Shown here one piece after another: positions 49,087 through 61,271 of a DNA stretch of 64,000 nt. Source of the DNA: an uncultured Nitrososphaeraceae archaeon (GTDB taxonomy: Archaea > Thermoproteota > Nitrososphaeria > Nitrososphaerales > Nitrososphaeraceae); the NCBI GenBank assembly GCA_963825865.1, contig CAWGVG010000013.1, positions 71,931 through 135,930 of the forward strand, read 5' to 3'. A program made the translations under genes and the position numbers. Below the pieces are notes generated by a model. The model was given only the letters and a program-made list of their open reading frames with translations, was not told the DNA's origin and made no database searches. The first letter of the stretch is position 1, and each line of letters opens with the position of its first letter.

Positions 49087-50354
49087 CAATATCTGTTCTA
49101 TAATAACAACCGTTTTTATTCCAAGATATTTTTTGCACTGCAAAATATGCATTATCTATGGCCCTCTTAATGCTATTACCTGTTGCAGTAACTCCCAGTA
49201 CCCTGCCTCCATTTGTTATAATTCTCTTTTGGGAATCGAGTGCTGTGTCTGCGTGAAAAACCATGGTGTCATGACCAAAGTCATGTTCAAGCCCTTTGAT
49301 TAACTTACATTTTGCATATGCTCCAGGATAACCCTTTGAAGCAACAATTACGCAAACAGCAAATTGATTTTTCCATTGTATGGGTGGCAAGGAATATAAT
49401 TTTTCATCAACAGCAGAGTCTAGATATTCAAAAAGATCAGATTCCATTCTCATCATTATAGGCTGGCATTCAGGATCTCCCATTCTAACATTAAACTCTA
49501 AAACAAAGGGTTCCTTCCGTTGTTCGTCAATCATTAGACCCGCATATAGGAAACCTTTATATGGATTGCCTTGGAAATTCATCCCTCTTATAGCTGGTAC
49601 CATTATCTGTTTCATTATTTTTTCATGAAGTTTGCTATCGATTACAGGTGTTGGTGAATAACTACCCATACCTCCTGTATTTGGTCCCATATTATTATCA
49701 AATATCCGTTTATGGTCTTGACATGACGCGAGAGGAATAATAGTTCTGCCATCACAAAGCGCAATAAATGATAATTCTTCTCCACATAGTTGTTCTTCAA
49801 TTATGATCTTTTGACCCGCTGTGCCAAATTCGTTTCTGACCATTATCATATCAACTGCATCTATAGCTTCATCTAAATTATTACAGACAACCACACCTTT
49901 GCCAGCGGCTAAACCATCAGCCTTGATGACGAGTTTAGTTTCTCCTTGCTTGACAACATAATCTTTGGCTTTTTCTGCATCAGAAAATACACGGAAATTA
50001 GCAGTCGGGATACCGTTCTTATTCATAAATTGTTTTGCAAATTCCTTGCTTGATTCAAGGCAGCGCAGCTTCCTTTGTTGGTCCGAAAACTCTGAGTCCT
50101 TCTTTAACGAACGAATTAACTAGACCATTCGCTAGTGGAAGTTCAGGTCCGACAATGGTAAAACATTTATTTTGTTTTGCAAATGTTACTAGCTTGCTAA
50201 TTTCAGTTGGCTGGATATTGATATTTTCAAAAGTTCCACCATTTCCAGTAGCAAAATAGGTTTTTTTTACTAGTTTGCTTTGTGAAAGTTTCCATCCAAG
50301 AGCATGTTCTCTACCACCTGAACCGACTATCAGAATATTTCTGCCTTCCGTCAA
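49040..50354 (-). CDS. purD: Phosphoribosylamine-glycine ligase; frameshift near 50058
   Basis: GSGGREHA, KADGLAAGKGV, GPNTGGMG, EFNVRMGDPE, GGRVL. Confidence 0.95.
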
Positions 50355-50533
50355 TAAATGATTATAAATGACAATAATACTAGATAAAGGTACAATAGTT
50401 TTTATTAATTTAACCCCGTTAGTGAATGCTGGCGCTCAGAGTTATTGTAACTTATTTACTTTTATCATTATTATCGCTGGACCATTCAAATAAATCAAGA
50501 TGGCCAGATGAGAATTCTTGTTCATTTTAAGAT

Positions 50534-50998
50534 TTGAGTATAATAGACACTCAAATCTTATGGAAAGACAATAATAATATTTGTGAGTTTAGAATTACCT
50601 TTTTGGAGGCGCAAAACCAGGCAGCGATGAAAATAAGAGTCTTAATCGTAGATGACGAACCAGATGTTAATTTAGCCGTAAAGATAGCTTTGGAACAAGA
50701 GGATTACGAAGTGGATGCATTTAAAGACCCTCTTTTGGCATTAAAGAATTTTAGAAAAGGATTGTATGATTTATTAATCTTAGATATTAAAATGCCAAAA
50801 ATGCATGGCTTTGAATTATATAGGGAAATAAAAAAAATAGACGATAGAGTTAAAGTATGTTTTCTGACAGCTGGTGAAATGTACTATGGCGCATATACAG
50901 ATATATTTCATACTTTAGATGCACAATGCTTTATTCGAAAGCCAATAGAAAATGAGGAGTTATTAAAAAGACTAAATAAAATAATAAGTTCAAAATAG
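50534..50998 (+). CDS. Single-domain response regulator
   Basis: VDDE, LDIKMP, FLTA, KP. Confidence 0.88.
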   Translation: MSIIDTQILWKDNNNICEFRITFLEAQNQAAMKIRVLIVDDEPDVNLAVKIALEQEDYEVDAFKDPLLALKNFRKGLYDLLILDIKMPKMHGFELYREIKKIDDRVKVCFLTAGEMYYGAYTDIFHTLDAQCFIRKPIENEELLKRLNKIISSK

Positions 50999-51015
50999 GT
51001 GCCGGTAGAAAAAGA

Positions 51016-52395
51016 ATGTCCAGAATGAAACAAACAATGGCTGCTATGGATAAAAAGAAATCACTTATTTTATTAATTGCTTTAGGTGTTGTGAGTGCTG
51101 TTGTCCTGATGATTTATTTTAATCTCGATAATAATATGGCTGATAAACAGCACAAGCAAAGTCCGATATTACAGGGTCAAAATAGCGGCCTGAGAGTAGA
51201 ATTGGTAACCGAAGGTTTATCCTTGCCTACGAGCATGGCCTTTATAGATAAAAACAATATTTTGGTTTTGGAAAAGGATGGGGAAGTTCGTCTAATTTCT
51301 AATGGTATGTTACAGAAACACCCCGCATTAAAAGTTCAGGTTAATACAACAAGCGAGCGTGGATTATTAGGGATCGCTACGGTAAATGGTGATGGTGGTA
51401 GCAGCAGCAGAGGCAATGGTGATGGTTATGTTAAGACAGCAGAACGAAGTATAAACAGAGCAACAAAAACACCGAAAGTATTTCTTTACTTTACTGAATC
51501 CAAACCAGGCAAGCAATTGAGGAATGGGATTTATAAATATAGATGGGATGGAAAGAACCTTGTTAACCAGACTTTGATATTAGATCTTCCTGCAGAGCCA
51601 GGGCCAAATCATGATGGAGGAAAGCTAAAAATAGGTCCAGACCACAACCTGTATGCTGTAATAGGCGATCTCAATGAAGGAGATAGTCTGCTTCAAAATT
51701 TCAAGAATGGGAAGCCTCCACACGACTCATCTGTAATACTAAGAGTAAACCCAAATGACGGTTCGCCTGCGAATAACAATCCATTTTTAAGAAATGGCGT
51801 TAATAGTGATAATAACGTATTAGCTAGATATTATGCATATGGCATCAGGAATAGTTTTGGTATGACATTTGACCCTATTACTGGTTCTTTGTGGGATACA
51901 GAGAATGGTCCTGATGCGTATGACGAAATTAATATAATTAAACCTGGTTTTAACAGCGGCTGGCAAGAAGTTATGGGGCCTATTTCCAGAAGCCATGTAA
52001 GTGAAAAAGATATGGTTGTGTTTCCAGGTTCGAAATGCACTGATCCTGTATTTAGTTGGTTTCCACCGATTGGGGTTACCGCTATAGAATTTTTAAAATC
52101 TTCAAAGCTTGGCAAAGAATATACAAATAACATTTTTGTCGGCGATATTAATAATGGCAATCTATATTACTTTGAAGTTAACAAGACTAGAACCGGTCTA
52201 AAATTTGATAATAACCAAGCTAGCGTATCAGGCCTGCTATCTGACTTGGTGGCTGATGATAAAAGTGAAATTTCTACAATAACCTTCGGAACGGGGTTTG
52301 GTGGTATAACAGATATTGATACTGGTCCCGATGGATTCTTGTATATATTGTCATATGGAAATGGAAACATTTACAGGATTGTACCTTCATTATGA
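51016..52395 (+). CDS. Membrane-anchored PQQ-dependent sugar dehydrogenase family protein
   Basis: ERGLLG, HDGG, YGIRNSFG, TENGP..DEIN, GPDG.LY. Confidence 0.85.
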   Translation: MSRMKQTMAAMDKKKSLILLIALGVVSAVVLMIYFNLDNNMADKQHKQSPILQGQNSGLRVELVTEGLSLPTSMAFIDKNNILVLEKDGEVRLISNGMLQKHPALKVQVNTTSERGLLGIATVNGDGGSSSRGNGDGYVKTAERSINRATKTPKVFLYFTESKPGKQLRNGIYKYRWDGKNLVNQTLILDLPAEPGPNHDGGKLKIGPDHNLYAVIGDLNEGDSLLQNFKNGKPPHDSSVILRVNPNDGSPANNNPFLRNGVNSDNNVLARYYAYGIRNSFGMTFDPITGSLWDTENGPDAYDEINIIKPGFNSGWQEVMGPISRSHVSEKDMVVFPGSKCTDPVFSWFPPIGVTAIEFLKSSKLGKEYTNNIFVGDINNGNLYYFEVNKTRTGLKFDNNQASVSGLLSDLVADDKSEISTITFGTGFGGITDIDTGPDGFLYILSYGNGNIYRIVPSL

Positions 52396-52580
52396 AATTG
52401 TCGTAGGTTAAATCTTTGACAATAAACCTGCTCCTCAATCAACCTTAGCCAATCGCCTTTGGCGCTGAATATTATAATTTTAGATGTTGGCGCGTCTGAA
52501 TATAATTATAAGAGCATTTTTTCATTTATGATTATCATACGGAAATCCTATATTATGCGTCGTTATAGCAGATATGACAA

Positions 52581-53516
52581 ATGCTAGATTGGATTGCTTG
52601 GCTGCTAAAAGAGTCAGAAGGAATAACTCTGCTCGATAAATTAGTATTATTCTTTGTAAAGTTTATTTATTTAAGCTTAAGGATTATACTCCGCATATTT
52701 TTAGGCAAGAATAGAAGAGATAGACTATATATAGAACGAGGGCTTGATTTTGGAGATTTTTGGAATAAATTTTTCATGCATTTAAGACGTGATAAAGCAG
52801 AATTATTAAAATTTAAAATGCCAAAATACGGTTTCGAATTCTATTGTAGAAATAATAAAGATGATTTTAAAGTTATGACAATCCATGAAGATGATATAAT
52901 AGAACGTTTCCTCCCAAAAGACGGTGATATAGTGGTAGATATTGGTGCACATATTGGCCTATATACAATAATAAGTTCAAAGCGTGTCGGTTTTAATGGA
53001 AAGGTAGTCGCAATCGAGGCTCATCCAGAAAATTTCGAGATATTAAGCCGCAATATTCAGGTTAATAAATTGACAAATGTTATAGCCTTAAATTATGCAG
53101 CTTATTCTGCGAAAGAAAAGTTAAAACTATATCTGCCAAGCGGAGAATCCGGTTTTACTAAATATAATACTATAATGCCGAAATTTGCAAAAAGAGATGA
53201 GAAATTTGTAGAAGTGAATGCTAACACGTTAGATAAATTATTGCAATCAAATGGAATAAGAGTAAATGGAATAGGAGTAGTAGTTAACTGGATTAAAATT
53301 GATGTTGAGGGTGCTGAGTTTGAGGTTTTAAAGGGAGCTCATAATGTGCTATCTGAAAGCAAAGATATCGCACTCCTTATCGAGCTTCATGGTCCTCCGC
53401 ATGATTATAGACCAAAAATAGACGAATTTATCAAATTATACAACTTCAAAATAGAGTTTGAAAGAAGCTACCCGGAAAATGGATCAATGCATATGATTGC
53501 GAAAAAAATAATCTAA
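52581..53516 (+). CDS. FkbM-family methyltransferase
   Basis: VDIGAHIG, AIEA.P.N, IKIDVEGAE. Confidence 0.88.
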   Translation: MLDWIAWLLKESEGITLLDKLVLFFVKFIYLSLRIILRIFLGKNRRDRLYIERGLDFGDFWNKFFMHLRRDKAELLKFKMPKYGFEFYCRNNKDDFKVMTIHEDDIIERFLPKDGDIVVDIGAHIGLYTIISSKRVGFNGKVVAIEAHPENFEILSRNIQVNKLTNVIALNYAAYSAKEKLKLYLPSGESGFTKYNTIMPKFAKRDEKFVEVNANTLDKLLQSNGIRVNGIGVVVNWIKIDVEGAEFEVLKGAHNVLSESKDIALLIELHGPPHDYRPKIDEFIKLYNFKIEFERSYPENGSMHMIAKKII

Positions 53517-53747
53517 ATTTTAAACAATAAATATATAGTATGTATTTATTATGGAATACTTTTTTTAAGGAGACATCGTCAAATTCATTATTTTTAAAGA
53601 AATGGAATTAAAAATTTTCTATTACTGGTTATACGCAGAACAGCTACCCGAAAATGTTAAAAACTAGTTTGGAAGGGGATAAAAAATTATAATGATAGTG
53701 AGGTGGTGAAGAAATAACTCGAAATTACTATAAAATAAGGTTAAGTC

Positions 53748-53913
53748 TCACTTTTTTTCCATTTTAATTGTAAACTCATTTGAATTGAGAGCAATACCAC
53801 ATACTTTGCACCTGTCTTTTGTCGGACGCATGATATCTCTGATTGACTTTAAATTTATCATCTTTCCAATCACAGAACCACATTTTCCACAGACAATTTC
53901 AACGAAAGGACAT
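53748..53913 (-). CDS. Small zinc-ribbon protein (one indel near start; not in ORF track)
   Basis: VEIVCGKCGSVIGKMINLKSIRDIMRPTKDRCKVCGIALNSNEFTIKMEKK*. Confidence 0.6.
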
Positions 53914-54231
53914 AACATATAATAATGGAGCTTTTAAAGGAACGGCATAAGAGAAGTTATGTCAATAGGGGTTGACGAAACAGGTAACAATAATCCTTAT
54001 CAATTTGAATAGCATTATTTTAATTATGTGAAAATTACAACAGCAGTAATTTTATCGCAGTAACCGCCTATTAATTATTCACTTCCTTGAATTATATTCT
54101 GAAGTTATAAGAATCTTGCAAGAGAAATAAAAAGTATTTGTAATTAAAATGATGTCTTTTTTTATCAAACTCTACCGATTATCATTAATGAAGGAATAAA
54201 TATTAAATAGATCATAACTCCTTTGAATTCG

Positions 54232-54369
54232 ATGCCTGTCGATCCAGTATGTGGAATCGAATTGGATGAAAGATTTGCCGTTATGTATAAACATCGTGAT
54301 ACTATTTACCATTTTTGCTGTGAGGGTTGCAAAAGAATTTTCATAAGGAAACCCAAAAAATATGCCTAA
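54232..54369 (+). CDS. YHS/TRASH-domain metal-binding protein, 45 aa (not in ORF track)
   Basis: MPVDPVCG..YHFCCEGCK..F...PKKY. Confidence 0.8.
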   Translation: MPVDPVCGIELDERFAVMYKHRDTIYHFCCEGCKRIFIRKPKKYA

Positions 54370-54584
54370 TAGCCATTTGTAATTAAAAAGGTCTAGATTT
54401 CATCCGCATCGAATGTTATTCAATCATCTTTAACAAAATAATGTATTCTCACATCAAAGTTAACGATGATGTTAAAAAATTGCACAGTCTCAGCCAAACG
54501 GATATATTGTCTGAGATCGCTAAATGAAGATCCCTATTTGCTGCTCTATCATAAACTTTAACCAATAACCCATACATAGGTTGT

Positions 54585-55780
54585 ATGCGACATCATGTTA
54601 TTTGACATTAAAGGATGACGCTATAAATCTACATCGAATGCTAAAAGGCAAGATCGAAATTCAAGAGTTCCTATGGACAATGTCTTTGAACAAGAGAAAG
54701 GAACGCTTGGCTTAATCTACACTCCAGGTGTAGCCTATGTTGCTACCGAGATAGGTAATAATAAAAATTTGGCATATGAGTATACGTCAAAATGGAATAA
54801 TGTCGCTATTGTATGTGACGGGTCAAGGGTATTTGGTTTAGGTAACATAGGACCGGAAACGAGCAATTCCCGTTATGGAGGGGAAGTCTATTTTATTTAA
54901 AGTATTAGGGGGCATTAATGCATTTCCATTGTGTATATCCACTCAAGATAAGGAGGAGATAATACAGTTTGTTAAACTAATCCAACCTATGTTAGAAGAT
55001 ATAGAATCGCCGAAGGTATTGGAGATAGTAGAAAGGTTACAAAAAGATCTGACTATACCTGTCTTCCATGACGATCAGCATGGGACAGCTGTAATTACCC
55101 TTGCGGCACTCTTTAATGCTCTCAGATTGCTGGACAAAAAATTATCTGAAGTAAATGTGGTGATATCGGGAGCAGGTTCTGCTGGGTATGGTATATTTAA
55201 GATCCTACATAAGGCAGGATGCAAGAACATAGTTGTAATTGATAGCCAAGGAGCCATATATGCAGGGAGGAGTGAAGGCATAGATAATCCTTACAAACAA
55301 CAAATAGCTGAAAAAACTAATGCTAGGAAATTGAGCGGAAACCTTGCGAAGATAATTAGAGGAGCCCATGTATTTATTGGTGTGTCAGGCAGGGGAAGGT
55401 TATTGAATGATGATATGGTACAGTCAATGAATCATGATCCAATCGTATTTGCGCTTAGTAATCCTGATCCTGAAATTCTGCCACCTAAAGCATTGCAATC
55501 TGGGGCAAGGATCGTAGCCACAGGTCGATCAGATTTTGCCAATCAAGTTAACAATGCAGTGGTGTTTACATCAATCCTTCGAGCTTTGTTGGATCTCCAA
55601 GTTAAGGGGTTGGAAGAAGATACGCTTGTAGCCATAGCAGATGCAATTGCAAGTCTAGTTGAAGATACACAATTAAAAGAGGATTATATCATACCAAAGG
55701 TAAATGATCCTAGGATTCTTTCTATAGTTACTCAAACAATGAAGGAAGCAATCAAGAGACATATAGAAAGAAAACAATAG
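54585..55780 (+). CDS. NAD(P)-dependent malic enzyme; frameshifts near 54660 and 54860
   Basis: LH..KGKIEI, YTPGVA, GLGNIGP, MEGK, FHDDQHGTA, GAGSAG, ALSNPDPE, TGRSD. Confidence 0.9.
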
Positions 55781-55829
55781 AGCTAAACAACAACATAATA
55801 ATTATTTGTGAATAGATCTTAGAAAACTG

Positions 55830-55875
55830 GTCGACATATGTATGTCGACATATATATATATATATATATATATAT
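55830..55875. repeat. 9-bp inverted repeat followed by (AT)13 microsatellite
   Basis: gtcgacata-tg-tatgtcgac 55830-55849, then AT run to 55875. Confidence 0.75.
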
Positions 55876-57257
55876 CATGATTTAAATTCAGATAAGAAAA
55901 TGTGCAACAGCCATGTTGAGTCGAGTTGATTCCATACATGCAGAATATTTTCATGATGATCATAAAACAAAGATCATTCTCGTACTGGTAATTCTTTGGT
56001 TGGAACAATAGACCAAGGAAATCTAAAGAACATGGTGATGGACATTTATTATCATCCAAATCAATACGTACAAGTAATTAGTCAAATGATGGATACTTAT
56101 AATTTAGAACATAAATAATAGAAACAACATCTGAGAGGAAGGTATGGAGATATCTAAGATTGAGTCTGCAACTAAAGCCAATCCAAAATCAGTAACCCCA
56201 AGGAAAGATGATCAGATTAGGCGAACTAAGAGTGAGTGAGAGCCATTCAAGAATGTTAATCTAACAGCAGACAGATTAAGATTTACCATCGTAAAGAGAT
56301 TTCCTAAATACCACGCTATTTACAAAGTTTGCTTCAAAGTCTGATGGTGACGCTATGCTAAGAGTATTGTACAGGCCCATGGAGGTAGAATTTGGGCTGA
56401 GAATAATACTAACAAAAATGGTGCTACGTTTTACTATTTACTATTTTTCTTATTACTATGCCAAATTAAATCAATAAAGTATATCATTGTTGTACTTATC
56501 AAAACATCTTCTCGTTTTACAGGATCTGCCAATATTTCTTCAGCAGATTGCCGTCTACTCCCTCATCATCAGAATCAGGAGCTCCATCTGCCATGCTATT
56601 GCCATAGCCATTATTAGACAGATTTTTGCTCATATGTAATTGTTAGACGCTTATTTGCTATCAGGTACTACATTTATTTTTAAACGTGGTTTTTGTTAAT
56701 TTCTTTGTCATTTGATTTCTTATAAGGAACCAAACCATGTACAAAACGGTAACAGGACGATATCAGGTAAAATATTTTGGTAACATCTTTTGCCCTTTCC
56801 CCCTCCAGACTGAATAGCATATTCAACAATTCGAACTCAGAAATTATTCATGAAAGAATTCAGCATGACCCTCAATTCTTGGTGCAATACCATGAAAAAT
56901 TAGACGAAGCAAGACTCGTAAATGTCATCGCCAACAAAATCAACAGACTGAAATTACCAGCACATATAATTATGAAGCTAGTAATTATCCCCTGCTAAGA
57001 TGAGGGCGGAATATCGTAGGTTCTTACACCAATCGTTTGTGTTTGTGAATAGGATGCCTCACATCCATGCATTACATACACAAAAGAGACAGTAATAGAT
57101 GTACAAATGAAACACAAAGTTAGAAGTAGAGTGCTCAGGCTGAGTTCAACCAAAATGACGGGATAATAAACGATAATAGACAAATCAAATCAACTATCAA
57201 TAATCCTAAGAAGCACCAATCAATGCTTGAGCGTTCAAATCCCACACGATAATCACT

Positions 57258-58309
57258 AGACCTGTTGCGTAATTGAAAGATTACAGCTATATTTTACGTT
57301 GTACAGCATTCATTGGGTGATGCTGTCTTGATGTCTTATACTAGACTATCGAAGAGGCCTTTGTTATTTAGATCATTTACTGGACTTGAAATATCAGAAT
57401 TTAATGAGAATCTATACTGAAATAGAATCAAGGTACAATGAACACGAGAGAAAAAGGCTTTCTAGAACGAAGAGGGAAAGGAAAGTAGGTGCTGGCAGAC
57501 CATTCAAACTGAAAGTCAGAGAAAGATTCTTGATGCTTTTAGTCTATTACAGACTGTACATTACATACACGCTTTCAGGATTTCTATTCAATCTTGACCA
57601 GAGCAATGTTTGTAGGGATATATCCATAATAGAACCACTTGTCAAACTGTGTATCCCATTGCCAAAGAAATTGTATAAACGTACAAGAAGGCTTAGGACT
57701 ATAGATGAAGTAGAAGAGTACTTTCCAGGTTTCAAGGCTTTTATAGACTCTTCCGAACAAGAGATACCAAGACCAAAGAACAAAAGGAGAAGGAAGAGCT
57801 ACTACTCGGGAAAAAGGAAGAAACATACTGTAAAGATACAATATATGGTAAACAGTGAGGGTTTGATACTCCATAAGACAGAACATAAGAAAGGAAGAAA
57901 ACATGATTATGATATTTTCAAAAATAAACACCCTACAACTCCATTACAAGTTGAAAATGTTTTTGACCTTGGATATATGGGAGTTCAGAATGATTTTCCC
58001 ACTGTAAAGTCCGTACTGCCATTTAGAAAGAAAAGGAAAAGTGAACTGTCAGATGGAGAAAAAAGACACAATAGAAAGCATTCCAAACTAAGGGTAATAG
58101 TTGAGCATACTGTAAGCAGGATTAAAAAGTTTGGAATAATGGGTACTAAATTTAGAAATAAGCTTGGAAGATATGATCATGCTTCTGACATTGTTTCAGG
58201 ATTGGTAAATTTCAGAATAATGATGCGAACTAATGGTGGGATGCCACTCTAAAAACAGATCAAGACTGACCATCGTAGAGATTTTCCTTCGTAATTACGC
58301 AATAGGTCT
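57258..58309 (+). mobile_element. IS5-family (ISL2-like) insertion sequence
   Basis: TIRs tagacctgttgcgtaatt (57257-57274) and aattacgcaataggtcta (58293-58310), 17/18 match; ACT on both flanks (or TA if the ends are trimmed by one base). Confidence 0.85.
57331..58252 (+). CDS. DDE transposase; frameshift near 57410
   Basis: FRSFTGL, GAGRP, IDSSE, YYSGKRKKHT, DLGY.G, RVIVEH. Confidence 0.88.
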
Positions 58310-58436
58310 ACTTTACATAAGAAAGCGAAGGGTCTTGATACTATCAGACGTAGATATCGATTTGAGTACCTTATCTTCAGGTGCTGTTGCCAATATTGGC
58401 GATTACTTTAAATCTTTCACCGGCTTTAGGTATAAG

Positions 58437-61212
58437 ATGTCGATTAGTTGCCCCCGAGAAAGGTTTGAATTAATTGATAGCGTTGAACATTCGTCGATAA
58501 CAGTACCCAATTTCTATAAAATATATGAAATTATCGGTTGAAGCTAATCTTGATGATGCAAAAATTAACTGTGTAGAAGATTTAGAATTAGTATGTGTAA
58601 ACGATCTGGAGGAACCAAAAATCGAATTAGATTGTGCTGATTTAAATATAATTAAGGTCACATACTATGACTTTCACAATCTATTTTTAAGTAACCTCCA
58701 GTTACAATCTAGGCAGGAAGTTAATGAGCTAGGATTTTTAAGTTCAAATGAAAAATTAATAATTCAATTACCAGACATTCTGAAAAAAGGAACTAGTTTA
58801 TCTGTTAAAATTGAGTATTCAGCTACACCACGTAAAGGAGTCCATTTTGTTAGCTCAACTGGTTCTATTGACAATACTGTAAGCAAACAGGCTTGGACAC
58901 AAGGAGAGATGATAGAATCAAAATTCTGGTTTCCTTGCATTGATGATCCTAAAATCAAATATCCTAGACAAGTTTTAGTAACTGCTTCTAAAGAATTTGT
59001 CGTTGTATCAAATGGAGAACCTGCTGATGTCGTTGATACTGATAACAATAAAAGAATTCACATATGGAAAGAAGATCATCCTAATCCTACATATTTAACA
59101 TCAATCGTAATAGGAAAATTCTTTGAATCTCAAGAACCTTATCAAGATGAAATTAATAAAAACGAAATTAAATTGTTGTATTACGTTCCAGAAGATAAGA
59201 AAGACAGAGTGAAAAGGACTTTTGGTTCGACTTTGGATGCAATGAAATTCTTCGAATCATATTTTAGTTTTCCTTATCCCTATTCAAGATATGCTCAAAC
59301 TACGGTTAAAGAATTTGAGTATGGTGGAATGGAAAACACTACATGCACTACACTTGAAGAAGAAATTCTTCTTGATAAAAAAGCAGCAACAGATGACATT
59401 TACATATCTACTATTGGCTCGAGCAGAAGTATTATTGCACATGAACTTGCCCACCAATGGTTTGGCGATTTGGTTACATGGCATGATTGGTCAGATATAT
59501 GGCTGAATGAAGGTTTTGCAACCTATTGTGAAGCTCTATACACAGAACATACTGACAATGATAGAAAGGAAGAATTTTATCGATATATGGAAATATTGGC
59601 TAGTGTGTATTTTGGAGAAGCCTGCAAGGAATATGAAAGACCCATCATCACTAACGTATACAAGTACCCAGATGAATTATTTGATAGACATTCATATCAG
59701 AAGGGAGCTTGGGTTCTTCATATGATACGACATATCATTAAAGAGAGCAATTTTAGGGATGGACTGAAGAAATATCTTGATACCTATCAATACAAGAATG
59801 CAAACACAGAAGATTTTAGAAAAGTATTAGAAGAAGTTTCGGGTCTTAAATTGGAAGCTTTCTTCAATCAATGGGTTTATACAAAAGGTCATCCAGAACT
59901 TGACATTGTTTTTAACAATGACACAAAATCAATAAAAATAGTACAAAAGCAAAATGATGCATTATTTGATTTTGAAATTGAAATAAAGATAGCATTATCT
60001 GACGGTAGTGTAAAGACTTATCCATTTCATATCCTTAATCAAAGAGAGAATACTTTCGAAATTAATAAAATAGATACAAATGCAATACAAAAAAATGTTG
60101 AATGGTTCTCAATTGACCCTGAATTAAAGGTATTAAAAGAATTATCACTGTTTTATAATATTCAACAGCTGTCAATGATTGTTAATCTCATTAAGAATGG
60201 TCGAACCATTGTAGAAAGAAGGCAAGGATTGAGGGCAATAACTAAAATTATGATATCCAATCAAAATTGTGAAGAAATTATCAGCCTTTTGAAGGACGTG
60301 GTCTTGCATGATGAGTATTATGGAGTCTGTGCAGTAGCAGCCTCTAAACTAGGAGAGATCGGAACTCTGGATAGTATAAATAAAGAAATGAAAGATAAAG
60401 CTTTTGAAACTATCATTGAATGTCTAAATGAATTTAGACATAGTAATAAAATAGGGGTAACAGTAATTAAAACAAATTTAGTTAATGCCATAGGAAATTA
60501 TATTCCAGAAAAAGACTTCTATAATCAGTTAGAGAAGATTATACAAAATGGTGATGATAGCTATTATGTTGAAACTGCAGCTATATCTACAATAGCAGGT
60601 TATAAGGATAATAGAGTGTTTGAGAGGCTAAAGGGGTTAGTTGATAAACCTGATACATTTAACGATATTGTTCCAATCGCAGTAATTAATGCACTAGCTA
60701 AATTTAGCGAGATTGATGATGAGGAGCTAAAGAGACAAGTCCTAACCATTCTTATTAGAAAGGCAGGTAATGACAATTACAATAGAATAAGAGGAGCTGC
60801 AACATCAGCCTTAGGAGGATTTCTCCTTGCAAAGGACAGGAAAACTGTCAACAAAGATGTTTTTACTACATTAACGCAATCGCTGAACGATTCGTACCAA
60901 CAAGTAAGAACTAATGCATGTGCTGTTTTTGAGACTACGTTTAGTCCTGACGAGCACGAGATCGATAAGCATGATCTTAATCAACTATTAGATCAATTAG
61001 AACAAATGGCAAACAATGATGTTTTTTATGAGGTTAGACGTAAAGCTGAATTGTGTTTATTTGCTATTCGCTCACGACATTATTCTAAAATGAAAAGAAT
61101 TATGAAAAGTGAAAGAGAATTTGATGATTATGCCGTTGCTAAAAGACAGATACGCATGAAACATGTCTTTGGACGTACAACATTGCAACAGTACATAGGT
61201 ACAACCCAATGA
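58437..61212 (+). CDS. M1-family aminopeptidase with C-terminal HEAT-like repeats (start possibly upstream of 58525 via frameshift)
   Basis: WTQGE, WFPC.D.P, GGMEN, HELAHQWFG..WLNEGFA, YQKG. Confidence 0.9.
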
Positions 61213-61271
61213 GCTGATCTCTAGGTTTAGAAAATAGCACACAAAATGAGCAAAATGAACACAATCAAAAA

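Noticed and set aside
57225-57250. gttcaaatccc resembling a tRNA T-loop beside the IS
   Set aside because: Flanks do not form a T-stem; no acceptor or anticodon arms
55880-57250. Short ORFs before the IS
   Set aside because: No identifiable homology; probably decayed DNA
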